DNA of 64,000 nt from Bacteroidia bacterium (GTDB lineage Bacteria; Bacteroidota; Bacteroidia; AKYH767-A; OLB10). The notes below the pieces were generated by a model, which saw only the letters and a program-made list of their open reading frames with translations, did no database searches and was not told the origin of the DNA. The translations under genes were made by a program, and so were the position numbers. The stretch lies in contig JBBRAW010000002.1 of NCBI GenBank assembly GCA_038206385.1, positions 6,261 through 70,260 of the forward strand, read 5' to 3'. Of the stretch, positions 19,279 to 29,595 are shown in pieces (within the stretch, counting starts at the first letter, position 1; each line of letters starts with the position of its first letter).

Positions 19279-20652
19279 ATGAAAATTAAAAACAAGTTAA
19301 CGATTATTTTCACTGGAATTATTGCATTGATTCTTTTAGCATTGAATTTTTATATTTATGCATTATCAAGCTCCATTGCTCGTGCCGATTTTTATGAGCA
19401 ATTACATTCAAGAGCATTCGTTGCTGCCAATATTTATTTGGAAAATGATGAAAATACAGATGAGAATATTATAAAATTTAGAAATAAATATTTGCGAACC
19501 TTACCTCAAGAAATTATTCGTATTTACAATAAAGATAATCAACCAGTATTTGTCGATAGCAGTGATCGTTTAACTTTTCAGCCATGGATCATTAATAAGA
19601 TTAGGAGAGAAAAGGAGTTTCGATTCGAAATAAATAGCAGGCAAATTGTAGGTATTAATTATGATGACAACCAAGGTGATTTTATTATTATTGCATCTGC
19701 TGTTGATGAAATTGGCCAAATAAAATTAATGCAATTGCGAAAAGTACTTATTGCTGGTTTTTTATTTTGTATCGTTGTTGTGTTTTTTATTGGAAGGTAT
19801 TTTACTAAGCTCATGCTAAAACCTGTTTCCGATATTTCAGATCAAGCAAATAATATTACTGAAACAAATTTGCATCTTCGATTAAATACGGGAAATAGTA
19901 AAGATGAAATTGCTGAATTAGCAATCACATTTAATAAGATGCTCGAACGACTCGAACATTCTTTCGATTTACAAAAAGAATTTGTGAGTAATGCTTCACA
20001 TGAATTGCGAACGCCACTTACTTCAATCATCGGTAATATAGAAGTGACCTTATCAATGACTAGATCGGAAAAGGAACATCGTGAGGTTTTATATTCTATT
20101 TTGCAAGAGTCGGAACGTTTGCAGAATTTAAGTAATGGATTATTAAGTCTTGCACAAAGTGATCTTGATTTTCAAAAGGTAAGTAATGATGAAATACGAA
20201 TTGATGAATTGTTATTAGAGATAAAAGATGAAATAACGGCTAAATATCCTGATAGAATTTTAGAACTTCAATTTGATCAAATGCCAGACAAGGAAGAAGA
20301 ATTAGAAATTTTAGGCGAACATAATTTGTTGGAGACAGCACTATTAAACCTTGTTGACAATGCTTGTAAATTTTCTAAGGATAAACCAGTAATGATCTCA
20401 CTAGTTGTTAGTCACCATCAAATTGAAATTAAGATTTCTGATCGTGGTGTTGGAATTCCACCTGAAGAAATTATTAAAATTAGAGAAACTTTTTTTCGAG
20501 CTACCAATGCAAGATCGTTTCCAGGAACAGGTATTGGCCTAGCGTTAGCCGATAGAATTATTCGATTACATGGAGGTGCTTTGTCGATTAAGTCAGAGTT
20601 AAATTTTGGAACTGACGTAACAGTTACTTTCCCTATAATGAAGAGTACGTGA
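19279..20652 (+). CDS. Sensor histidine kinase with HAMP domain
   Basis: Two TM segments, SHELRTPL H-box, NLVDNACKFS, DRGVGI and GTGIGL. Confidence 0.93.
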   Translation: MKIKNKLTIIFTGIIALILLALNFYIYALSSSIARADFYEQLHSRAFVAANIYLENDENTDENIIKFRNKYLRTLPQEIIRIYNKDNQPVFVDSSDRLTFQPWIINKIRREKEFRFEINSRQIVGINYDDNQGDFIIIASAVDEIGQIKLMQLRKVLIAGFLFCIVVVFFIGRYFTKLMLKPVSDISDQANNITETNLHLRLNTGNSKDEIAELAITFNKMLERLEHSFDLQKEFVSNASHELRTPLTSIIGNIEVTLSMTRSEKEHREVLYSILQESERLQNLSNGLLSLAQSDLDFQKVSNDEIRIDELLLEIKDEITAKYPDRILELQFDQMPDKEEELEILGEHNLLETALLNLVDNACKFSKDKPVMISLVVSHHQIEIKISDRGVGIPPEEIIKIRETFFRATNARSFPGTGIGLALADRIIRLHGGALSIKSELNFGTDVTVTFPIMKST

Positions 20653-20653
20653 T

Positions 20654-20710
20654 TCTAATAATTTTCTAATAATTCTCTAATTACCCTCTAATAACTGGTT
20701 CATAGGTTTG
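20654..20710 (+). promoter_or_regulatory. Four TCTAAT direct repeats (11-bp period) followed by a -7 element
   Basis: TCTAAT at 20654, 20665, 20676 and 20687; TAGGTTTG at 20703-20710. Confidence 0.75.
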
Positions 20711-20729
20711 CTTCGTTAATGAATACGGA

Positions 20730-22025
20730 GTGCTTCTTATGAAACGATTGTTGGTTTATGTTTGCTTCCTTTCTTTTTTGCAATTATGTATTATTGATGC
20801 TACTAAAGCCTCTAATACTAATGACACATTGAAGGTTAGTTTGAATGATGTCGAACAAAATTTTCTAAATAAAAATTTCCTTCTTCTTGCATCACAATAT
20901 GAGATTAATGCGAACCAGGCACTTACTATGCAGGCAAGATTATGGAATAACCCAACTCTAACAATTGATCAGGGTGCATATAATAAGCAAACAAATAAAT
21001 GGTTCGATGTTTCAAAGAATGGTGAAACGGCAGCATCACTTCAACAACTGATAGAGCTAGCAGGAAAAAGAAATAAGCGAATTGCTGCATTGAAATTAAA
21101 TGCAACAATGAGTCAATACCAATTTTATGATTTAATGAGAACGCTCAAGTATGAGTTGCGCACTTCTTTTTACGACCTGTATTTTACTTCTCAATCAATT
21201 GCAGTTTATGATAAGGAGTTAAATCTACTTTCGAAATTATTGGAGGCATATCAATCACAATATAAAGAGGGAAACATTCCATTTAGGGAAATTACTCGAT
21301 TAGAGTCGCTACAATTTAATCTTGAGAATGAGAAAGCTGAACTTGGGCTGAAAGAAATGGATAACAGAAATCATTTACTACTACTTTCTGGTGATACATT
21401 GGCTCATATTGTAGTTCCACAAATTGATATCTTGAAAATAAATAATTCGATTCCGTTAAATAGTTCTTACGCTGCACTATTGGATACGGCATATACTAAC
21501 CGATTCGATTTGCAATCAGCAATAACAAATATTGAATTGAATAATGCACAACTTGCAATAGAAAAATCAAAACAAATTCCAGACTTAACACTAGGTATAA
21601 ACTATGACCGTTCCGGCTCTTATATTCAAAATTACAATTCTGTTACTCTTGCTTTTGATCTCCCTGTTTGGAATCATAATAAAGGAAATATTCATGCTGC
21701 TCAATTTAGAGTTGAAGAAGCAAAAGAAGTATCAGAGGATTCACGACTCCGAGTAAAAACAGATGTTGATAGGGCATGGTTGAGGCTGCATGATGCAGAG
21801 AATATTCTCCTGAAATCGTCGAATACTGTCAAGCAAGATAATGATAAGTTGATTGACGGAATCACAAGTGGATATAAAGATCACATGATTAGCTTACTAG
21901 AGTTTTTAGATTATTTTGAAAATTTTAAAGAAACAAGTTTGGCTTTTTATCAACTGCAAAATAATCGATTTAATGCGGCCGAAGAATTAAATTTTGCATG
22001 TGGAAAAATTATGATTAACAATTAA
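20730..22025 (+). CDS. TolC-family outer-membrane efflux protein (CzcC-like); start may be ATG 20739
   Basis: Signal peptide, WNNPTL, ELAGKRNKR and LPVWNHNKGNI; first gene of an RND operon. Confidence 0.88.
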   Translation: MLLMKRLLVYVCFLSFLQLCIIDATKASNTNDTLKVSLNDVEQNFLNKNFLLLASQYEINANQALTMQARLWNNPTLTIDQGAYNKQTNKWFDVSKNGETAASLQQLIELAGKRNKRIAALKLNATMSQYQFYDLMRTLKYELRTSFYDLYFTSQSIAVYDKELNLLSKLLEAYQSQYKEGNIPFREITRLESLQFNLENEKAELGLKEMDNRNHLLLLSGDTLAHIVVPQIDILKINNSIPLNSSYAALLDTAYTNRFDLQSAITNIELNNAQLAIEKSKQIPDLTLGINYDRSGSYIQNYNSVTLAFDLPVWNHNKGNIHAAQFRVEEAKEVSEDSRLRVKTDVDRAWLRLHDAENILLKSSNTVKQDNDKLIDGITSGYKDHMISLLEFLDYFENFKETSLAFYQLQNNRFNAAEELNFACGKIMINN

Positions 22026-22029
22026 AAAA

Positions 22030-23124
22030 ATGAGAAATAAATTTATATCTATTTTGTCCTTGCCAATTTTATTATTACTTGGAGCAACTTCATGTAGTAA
22101 GTTGAAAGAAGAAACTGAATCTCCTGTTAAATTCGTTTTAAGTGATACAATGATGCAAATGATTAGCATCGATACTGTTCATAAGACGCAAGTAGAAGAT
22201 GTTTTAAAATTGTCAGGAAAGATAACCTATGACGAGGATAAAATGATAAAAATTTATCCATTGGTAGGAGGTGAAGTAAGTGAAGTGAAAGTAGAGCTAG
22301 GTGATTTTGTGAACAAAGGTCAAGTGCTTGCTGTGATACATAGTACTGAAGTAGCACAATTCCGGCAGGATAAAATTGCGGCCGAAGGAAACGCAGCCAT
22401 CGCTCAACGTAATCTCGAAATAAATCAAGCATTAAATAAATCAGGAGTGAATTCTGATAAGGAATTGTTAGAAGCACAACGTGAAGTGTTAAAATCTAAT
22501 GCTGATTTACAACGATTAAAAGATGTTTTCAAAATAAATTCAATTGATGAAAGTGGTAATGTAGTTTTAAGAGCACCTGTTGCAGGATTTATTGTTGAGA
22601 AAAAAGTTAATCCAGGCTTTCATTTGAGAACAGATAATAGCGAAAATTTATTTACACTTTCTGGCCTAGATCAAGTTTGGGTAAGTGCTAATGTTTACGA
22701 AGCAGATATTTCAAAAATTAAAGAAGGTTATGATGCCGATGTAACTACCTTAAGTTATGATGATAAAATTTTTAAAGGAAAAGTGGATAAAGTTTATAAT
22801 GTGCTTGATCCTGAATCGAAGGTAATGAAAGTACGTATTAAGCTTGAAAACAAAGATTACCGACTGAAGCCAGAAATGTTTGCAAATGTATTAGTACAAT
22901 ACAAGGAAAAGGATTCTATGCTTTCAATTCCTACCTCAGCAATAATTTTTGATAATAGTAAAAATTATGTTTTGATATACCATTCGAAAACTGAAATTGA
23001 AATTCGTGAGATACAGTTGTATAAATCAGTTGGTGAGATATCGTATATAATTTCTGGATTGAAAGTGGATGAACGATTAATTAATCGTTACCATTTGTTC
23101 GTTTATGATGCACTTAATGACTAA
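22030..23124 (+). CDS. RND efflux periplasmic adaptor lipoprotein (CzcB/CusB-like)
   Basis: Lipobox ATSC, lipoyl half-motifs (GDFVNKGQVLA, LRAPVAG) and LKPEMFA. Confidence 0.9.
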   Translation: MRNKFISILSLPILLLLGATSCSKLKEETESPVKFVLSDTMMQMISIDTVHKTQVEDVLKLSGKITYDEDKMIKIYPLVGGEVSEVKVELGDFVNKGQVLAVIHSTEVAQFRQDKIAAEGNAAIAQRNLEINQALNKSGVNSDKELLEAQREVLKSNADLQRLKDVFKINSIDESGNVVLRAPVAGFIVEKKVNPGFHLRTDNSENLFTLSGLDQVWVSANVYEADISKIKEGYDADVTTLSYDDKIFKGKVDKVYNVLDPESKVMKVRIKLENKDYRLKPEMFANVLVQYKEKDSMLSIPTSAIIFDNSKNYVLIYHSKTEIEIREIQLYKSVGEISYIISGLKVDERLINRYHLFVYDALND

Positions 23125-23131
23125 TTGAGAA

Positions 23132-26100
23132 ATGAATAAATTCATAAAAAATATAATTGGATTTTCATTGAAGAATAAATTTTTCATATTCTTTCTAACA
23201 TTCATATTAATTGTTGCAGGAATTGTAAGTTACCTAAATACACCAATTGAAGCATTTCCTGATGTTACAAATACGCAAATAATAATTGTAACACAATGGA
23301 ATGGCAGAAGTGCGGAAGAGATTGAACGTTTCGTTACTGTTCCGATTGAAGTTGCGATGAATTCTGTACAACGTAAAACAAATGTCCGTTCTATTACGAT
23401 GTTTGGTTTATCAGTTATCAAAATTATTTTTGATGATGATGTGGATGATGCCTTTGCACGACAACAAGTAAACAATCAATTGCACAGTGTAAGTTTACCA
23501 GAATCTGTTGAACCTGATGTGCAACCTCCATATGGGCCAACAGGAGAAATTTATAGATATACGCTCGAAAGTAAATCTAGAAATGTACGTGATCTTCTTA
23601 CTCTCCAAACATGGGTTGTTGATCGACAACTTAGAAGCGTACCTGGCATTGCAGATATTGTTGCCTTTGGTGGTCAACAAAAAACGTATGAAATAAGTGT
23701 CAACCCGCAACTACTGGCGAAGTATGATATTACGCCGCTAGAAGTATATAGTGCCGTTGCGAAAAGTAATATCAATGTTGGTGGAGATGTAATTGAGAAA
23801 AATGGACAAGCTTATGTTGTTCGTGGAATTGGATTACTCGACAACATAAGTGATATCGAAAATATTATTATCGATAATATTAATGGCACACCTATTCTTG
23901 TAAAAAATGTTGCCGAAGTAAAGGAGTCGTATGCTCCTCGTGTAGGACAAGCTGGGAAAGATCATAGTGATGATGTAATGGAGGGCATTATCGTTATGCG
24001 AAAAGGTGAAAATCCAAGCGAAGTTTTAGCAAGAGTAAAGGAAAAAATTAATGATCTTAATACAAATATTTTACCTGCAGATGTGAAAATTGTTACGTTT
24101 TATGATCGTGATAATCTTATGCAGTTTTGTACAGAAACGGTATTGCATAATTTGCTGGAAGGTATTATACTCGTTACCGTTATTGTCTTAGTTTTTATGG
24201 CGGATTGGCGAACAACAGTTATTGTTTCTATTATTATTCCACTCGCATTATTATTTGCTTTTATTTGTTTACGGTTAAGAGGGATGTCGGCGAATTTACT
24301 ATCACTTGGTGCAGTTGATTTCGGGATTATCATTGATGGTGCAGTAGTGATGGTGGAAGGAATGTTTGTTATGCTCGATCATAAAGCGAATGAATTAGGA
24401 ATGGAAACATTCAATAAACGAATAAAGTTAGGTTGGATTAAAAATACTGGTGGTGAATTGGGAAAAGCTGTCTTTTTTTCAAAGTTAATTATCATCACTG
24501 CACTGATACCTATCTTTTCTTTTCAAAAGGTAGAAGGGAAAATGTTTTCGCCTCTTGCTTATACATTGGGTTTCGCCTTGATTGGTGCGTTACTTTTTAC
24601 TTTAACGCTTGTACCAGTTCTTGTATCTATCTTATTAAAAAAGAATGTTCGTGAAAAGAAAAATAGATTCGTTGAATTTTTAAATTCGATTACACTGAAA
24701 GCATTCGAAAAATGTTTCGCGAATAAAAAGAAAAGTGCAATCATTGCTTTTTCAATTTTAGGAATTACTTTATTTTCTACATCGTTTTTAGGTACAGAGT
24801 TTTTGCCTCAGTTAAATGAAGGCGCATTGTGGGTTGAAGCTAAGATGCCGATGAGTAGCTCGCTCACTGAAACGGTAAGTATGGTGAGTAAGATTAGAGA
24901 AAAATTATTAAAGTTTCCAGAGGTCAACGGTGTATTGTCGCAAACGGGCAGATCCAATGATGGTACTGACCCATCAGGGTTCTATTACATGCAATGCCAA
25001 GTAAATTTATCTCCTCAAAAGGAATGGAAGCGAAATATTACGGAAGAACAATTGATTGATGAAATGGATTCTTCATTAAAACAATATGCTGGGATTGAAT
25101 ATAATTATTCGCAGCCTATCATCGATAATGTTCAAGAAGCTGTTGCTGGTATGAATGCAAATAATGCTGTGAAAATTTTCGGCGATAATTTAGAACAGCT
25201 CGATACGTTGGCGAACAATGTTGTTAAACGAATAAAAGAAGTTCCAGGAGTTCATGATGTAGGAGTTCTAAGAAATATTGGGCAGCCTGAGATGAGTATA
25301 CATTTCGATGAAGGTAAAATGTCGGCCTATGGTGTGACAACAGCAGATGCTCAAGCAGTAATCGAAATGGCAATAGGAGGAAAGACTGCAACGCAATTTT
25401 ATGAAGGAGAACGTAAGTTTGATGTAAGGATTCGTTATCAGAAGGAATACCGAAAGTCGGAGGATGATTTGAAAATGTTAATGGTGCCAACAATTCGAGG
25501 AAATAAAATTCCAATAAAAGAAATTGCAGAAGTTAAAACTGTTACAGGTCCAGCATTTATTTATCGCGATAATAATAATCGTTTTATTGGAGTGAAATTT
25601 ACAGTTCGAGGAAGGGATTTGGGAAGTACGATCAAAACTGCCCAAGATCAAGTTAAGACGCTTGCATTGCCTAAAGGATTTCATATAGAATGGGCAGGTG
25701 AATTTGAGAATCAGGTGCGGGCAACAAGTCGTTTATTGCAAGTAGTGCCCGTTTGCCTGATTCTCATATTCATAATTTTATTTATCACATTCGGACATGC
25801 TCGCGATGCTGGTTTGGTATTGCTTAATGTTCCGTTTGCATTGATAGGTGGAATATTAGCATTACATATCACAGGAACTATTTTCGGGATCTCAGCCGGT
25901 GTTGGCTTTATTGCATTATTCGGAATATGTATTCAGAATGGTGTAATTCTAATATCGGTATTTAAAAAAAATCTGGAACAAAAGATGCCACTCTCAAAAG
26001 CTATTCGGGAAGGTGTAGCTTCGAGAGTGCGTCCTGTGATTATGACGGCTATGATGGCAGCAATTGGATTAATGCCTGCTGCATTATCACACGGAATTGG

Positions 26101-26233
26101 ATCAGAAACACAACGACCTTTAGCCATCGTTGTAATAGGTGGTTTAATATCCGCAACGATATTAACTTTACTAATCTTCCCAATAATATTTGAATGGGGT
26201 TATCGTAAAAAACATTCAGAAAACTTCTCTTAA
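23132..26233 (+). CDS. CzcA/CusA-family heavy-metal RND transporter
   Basis: 1033 aa with PIEAFPDVTN, SLGAVDFGIIIDGAVVMVE, RVRPVIMTA and QRPLAIVVIGG. Confidence 0.93.
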   Translation: MNKFIKNIIGFSLKNKFFIFFLTFILIVAGIVSYLNTPIEAFPDVTNTQIIIVTQWNGRSAEEIERFVTVPIEVAMNSVQRKTNVRSITMFGLSVIKIIFDDDVDDAFARQQVNNQLHSVSLPESVEPDVQPPYGPTGEIYRYTLESKSRNVRDLLTLQTWVVDRQLRSVPGIADIVAFGGQQKTYEISVNPQLLAKYDITPLEVYSAVAKSNINVGGDVIEKNGQAYVVRGIGLLDNISDIENIIIDNINGTPILVKNVAEVKESYAPRVGQAGKDHSDDVMEGIIVMRKGENPSEVLARVKEKINDLNTNILPADVKIVTFYDRDNLMQFCTETVLHNLLEGIILVTVIVLVFMADWRTTVIVSIIIPLALLFAFICLRLRGMSANLLSLGAVDFGIIIDGAVVMVEGMFVMLDHKANELGMETFNKRIKLGWIKNTGGELGKAVFFSKLIIITALIPIFSFQKVEGKMFSPLAYTLGFALIGALLFTLTLVPVLVSILLKKNVREKKNRFVEFLNSITLKAFEKCFANKKKSAIIAFSILGITLFSTSFLGTEFLPQLNEGALWVEAKMPMSSSLTETVSMVSKIREKLLKFPEVNGVLSQTGRSNDGTDPSGFYYMQCQVNLSPQKEWKRNITEEQLIDEMDSSLKQYAGIEYNYSQPIIDNVQEAVAGMNANNAVKIFGDNLEQLDTLANNVVKRIKEVPGVHDVGVLRNIGQPEMSIHFDEGKMSAYGVTTADAQAVIEMAIGGKTATQFYEGERKFDVRIRYQKEYRKSEDDLKMLMVPTIRGNKIPIKEIAEVKTVTGPAFIYRDNNNRFIGVKFTVRGRDLGSTIKTAQDQVKTLALPKGFHIEWAGEFENQVRATSRLLQVVPVCLILIFIILFITFGHARDAGLVLLNVPFALIGGILALHITGTIFGISAGVGFIALFGICIQNGVILISVFKKNLEQKMPLSKAIREGVASRVRPVIMTAMMAAIGLMPAALSHGIGSETQRPLAIVVIGGLISATILTLLIFPIIFEWGYRKKHSENFS

Positions 26234-26235
26234 TT

Positions 26236-27411
26236 TTAAAACAATATTTTTCCATCCTTAATGTAAAAAACTGCTGCCTTCTTTCTTAAATTATAATTCG
26301 ACGACATTACTTCTCCATACGCACCAACACTTCGAATTACTAACATATCTCCACGTTGTGTAAATGGAAGTTTAATATTATTTCCAAATATATCACTGCT
26401 TTCACAGATGGGCCCTACAACCGTATAATGATGTGAATGAAAATTCTTATCATTATTTTCAAGTGGTTCAATGTGATGAAATGCTTGATATAATGCAGGT
26501 CGTATCAACTCAGTCATACCAGCATCCAGAATGAGAAATTCTATTTTGGTTGTCTTTTTTTTGTACAATATTTTCGAAACCAAATTGCCACATTGCCCAA
26601 CGATTGAGCGTCCTAGTTCTACATGAATTTGTTGTGTTTCGCCAATCTGTAATCCATTTCTTAGCCTTGAAAAATGCGCATTAAAATTTGCAATGGGATT
26701 TTTATCAGGATCTAAATAATCAATAGACAGACCACCACCCATATTTATTATTGGCAATTCTATTCCTTGATCTATAAACCATTTATTTATTTTATTCACT
26801 TGTTCACATAACGCATCAAAAACGGTATTGTCACTAATTTGTGACCCAATATGAAAATGTAAACCAATGAGATTTAATGAACGTTGTTCTTGAATATATT
26901 TTAATACTACTTGTAAATCATTAATTGCAATTCCGAATTTATCATCTTCTGTTCCTGTGGTAATGTATTGATGTGTGAAAGATGCTACATCAGGATTTAT
27001 CCGTAATGCAATTGGAGCAATCAAGTTTTTTGATGAAGCGATAGTAGCTATTACTTGTAATTCTTCTAATGATTCGCAATTAAGACAAGCTATATTGCTA
27101 TCCAATGCATAAGCAATTTCATGATCTGTTTTCCCAACACCAGCCATTAATATTTTATCATTATTAAATCCTGATTCGAGTGCCTTTTGGATCTCTGGTC
27201 CACTTACGCAATCAGCACCAAATCCTATTTCAATAATTTTTTTTAAAAGAGGGAGATTGTTATTTGCTTTTAGCGCATAATGAACATGTATGTTGTATTT
27301 ATCTGATGCAGCTTTAGCAGCCAAAAGTGTTTGATCTAACAGATCTAAATCATATAAAAAATATGGTGTAGGTAAAACATTTAATTGTTTTGATGTTAGT
27401 TGATCAAACAT
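26236..27411 (-). CDS. lysA: Diaminopimelate decarboxylase; likely start ATG 27411 overlapping the lysC stop
   Basis: YALKAN (PLP Lys), HFHIGSQ, NMGGG, GPICESSD and GAYGEVMSSNYN. Confidence 0.93.
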   Translation of the reverse strand: MFDQLTSKQLNVLPTPYFLYDLDLLDQTLLAAKAASDKYNIHVHYALKANNNLPLLKKIIEIGFGADCVSGPEIQKALESGFNNDKILMAGVGKTDHEIAYALDSNIACLNCESLEELQVIATIASSKNLIAPIALRINPDVASFTHQYITTGTEDDKFGIAINDLQVVLKYIQEQRSLNLIGLHFHIGSQISDNTVFDALCEQVNKINKWFIDQGIELPIINMGGGLSIDYLDPDKNPIANFNAHFSRLRNGLQIGETQQIHVELGRSIVGQCGNLVSKILYKKKTTKIEFLILDAGMTELIRPALYQAFHHIEPLENNDKNFHSHHYTVVGPICESSDIFGNNIKLPFTQRGDMLVIRSVGAYGEVMSSNYNLRKKAAVFYIKDGKILF

Positions 27412-28735
27412 TTGCAGTAGTGAATAATTTTTGATGTAGCGATTGCAACGCAATTAATTTAAAATCTTTTTCTACGAGTATAGAGATATTATGTTCGCTG
27501 CCTCCATAAGATACCATTTGCAAAGGAACGTTTTTCAACGCAGATAAAATATTGGCTGCATAGCCATGTGAAGTGCGAGGAAAGAATCCAGCGATGCAAA
27601 TAATTACTTGTTCTTTTTGTATTTCTACTACACCAAATTTTTTGAGTTCTTCAACAATAGAGGGAAGATGACTAGGATCATCAATTGTTAATGAAACTGC
27701 CACCTCTGATGTTGTTATCATATCGATCGGAGTTTTATAGTTCTCGAAAATTTCAAAAATTGATTTTAGAAAACCATAGGCCATTAACATCCTACTAGAA
27801 TCGATACGGATCATGGTAATATTATCTTTTGCCGCAATAGCTTTTGCTCCTGTATCCGAAGTTCCAGAATTTATAAGTGTTCCTCTGGCATTTGGATCCA
27901 TCGTATTTTTTATTCGAATCGGGATACCTGCTTGTCGTGCAGGATGAACTGTTCCGGGATGTAGGATCTTAGCACCAAAGTAAGCTAACTCTGCGGCCTC
28001 TTGATACGAAAGTATGGGTACAGGTTGTGTATCTGAAATTATTCTTGGATCATTATTATGCATCCCATCAATATCAGTCCAAATCTGGATTTCATCGGCT
28101 TGTAAAACTGCGCCTATTATTGCTGCAGAATAATCACTACCACCTCTTTTGAGATTGCTTATTTGTCCATAAAAAGTACTGCAAATAAATCCTTGTGTAA
28201 TAAAAATGGTATCCCTTAACGTAGGCGTTAAATAAGTATTCAGTGTTTTATTTATACGAACCAAGTCAGGTTCACCATTGATATCAAGATACATAAACTC
28301 TAATGCTGGAAGAAGTTGATTTTTCAGTCCGATATCATCAAGGTAATAACTAAAAAGTTGCGTAGAAACTAATTCTCCTTTTGAAAGGAGTATGTTTTCA
28401 TTTTCAGTTATGAATATTTTATCACCTTTAGTAATTGCTATTAATTCACTTTTTACTTCTAGCAAAAACAAATTCATTTTTACAATGGAAGGTTCACTAC
28501 TGAGCACTTTTTTACTAAATGTTAGCGCGTCTTCATAAAGCAAATTTATTTCTGATGTAGCACATTCTACATTCTTTTCTTTAAGAAGTTTAGCAATTTG
28601 TACAAGCCGATTTGTTGTACCACTTATTGCGGAAAGTATTATTAGTACTCGTCCTTGATTTATAATTAATGATGCAATATTCTGCATACGTTCAGGAGTG
28701 CCTAATGAGGTGCCTCCAAATTTTATAACTTTCAT
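27404..28735 (-). CDS. lysC: Aspartate kinase
   Basis: KFGGTS, RGGSDYSA, WTDIDG, ELAYFGAKILHP and C-terminal ACT domains. Confidence 0.95.
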   Translation of the reverse strand: MKVIKFGGTSLGTPERMQNIASLIINQGRVLIILSAISGTTNRLVQIAKLLKEKNVECATSEINLLYEDALTFSKKVLSSEPSIVKMNLFLLEVKSELIAITKGDKIFITENENILLSKGELVSTQLFSYYLDDIGLKNQLLPALEFMYLDINGEPDLVRINKTLNTYLTPTLRDTIFITQGFICSTFYGQISNLKRGGSDYSAAIIGAVLQADEIQIWTDIDGMHNNDPRIISDTQPVPILSYQEAAELAYFGAKILHPGTVHPARQAGIPIRIKNTMDPNARGTLINSGTSDTGAKAIAAKDNITMIRIDSSRMLMAYGFLKSIFEIFENYKTPIDMITTSEVAVSLTIDDPSHLPSIVEELKKFGVVEIQKEQVIICIAGFFPRTSHGYAANILSALKNVPLQMVSYGGSEHNISILVEKDFKLIALQSLHQKLFTTANV

Positions 28736-28787
28736 AGATTAAATTAACGTATCTATTGTGAAATGAAAACGTAGTTGTAATAGCGTG

Positions 28788-28795
28788 CAAAAGTA
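28788..28795 (-). promoter_or_regulatory. -7 promoter element for lysC-lysA
   Basis: TACTTTTG on the - strand. Confidence 0.65.
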
Positions 28796-28869
28796 AATCA
28801 CTCAATTTAAAACATACATGAATGAAATAATTTGAACATATTTGTAACAAATTGTTAAAAATATAACAG

Positions 28870-29544
28870 ATGTCGAATATATCAGAAATGGTCTCCTTGT
28901 GGATACGGCGTTCTCCATTTATTGAAGAAGCATTAGACGAAGGATTGATAAATGTATCCTCGCTTGCGAGAAAGATGCAGAAAGAAATTTCAATTCAACT
29001 AAAAATGGAAGTGCAAATTGGAGCAATTGTGATGGCAATACAACGACGTAATCCTGGTCCTTATAAAAAAGTGAACAATAAGCTTTTTAAATTCTTTAGT
29101 TCACTTGGAGATTTGTCTGTTCGATCAGAAATATCTGAATTTACTTATATGAATTCTAAGACTTTGTTTTTTAAACAAGGCAAGATGCTAGAAGAGTTAG
29201 TGAAAACTAGTGGCGTGAGTTTTTGTGCATTCTCTCAAGGCGTTGCTGAAACTACGATCATATTAAGTGATGATTTGGTTGATTACCAAAGAAAAATAAT
29301 GAAGAGTGAGAAATTGTTAAATACTGTTTCTGGATTAGCTTCTGTTACCATTCGTATGAAGGAAGAAAATATGCATATTTCTGGAATCTATTATTTTATC
29401 TTGCAAAGACTTGCTTGGGCAGGAATAAATATCGTTGAAGTAATTTCAACAACGTGTGAATTCACACTTGTGATTAAAGAAAAAGATACAGACTTATGTT
29501 TTTCACAATTGCTAAAATTGAAAAGAGATTTTTCTAATAAATAA
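28870..29544 (+). CDS. ACT-domain protein with N-terminal HTH-like region, putative regulator
   Basis: N-terminal GLINVSSLARK..AIVMAIQR; C-terminal ACT-like SGIYYFILQRLAWAGINIVEVISTTCEFTLVI; divergent from lysC-lysA. Confidence 0.7.
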   Translation: MSNISEMVSLWIRRSPFIEEALDEGLINVSSLARKMQKEISIQLKMEVQIGAIVMAIQRRNPGPYKKVNNKLFKFFSSLGDLSVRSEISEFTYMNSKTLFFKQGKMLEELVKTSGVSFCAFSQGVAETTIILSDDLVDYQRKIMKSEKLLNTVSGLASVTIRMKEENMHISGIYYFILQRLAWAGINIVEVISTTCEFTLVIKEKDTDLCFSQLLKLKRDFSNK

Positions 29545-29583
29545 AAAAAGCCCTGAAGTACGAAGACTTCAGGGCTTTTTTTT
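29543..29583. terminator. Bidirectional intrinsic terminator
   Basis: A7-GCCCTGAAGT-ACGAAG-ACTTCAGGGC-T8 between convergent genes. Confidence 0.9.
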
Positions 29584-29595
29584 AATTGAAATTTT

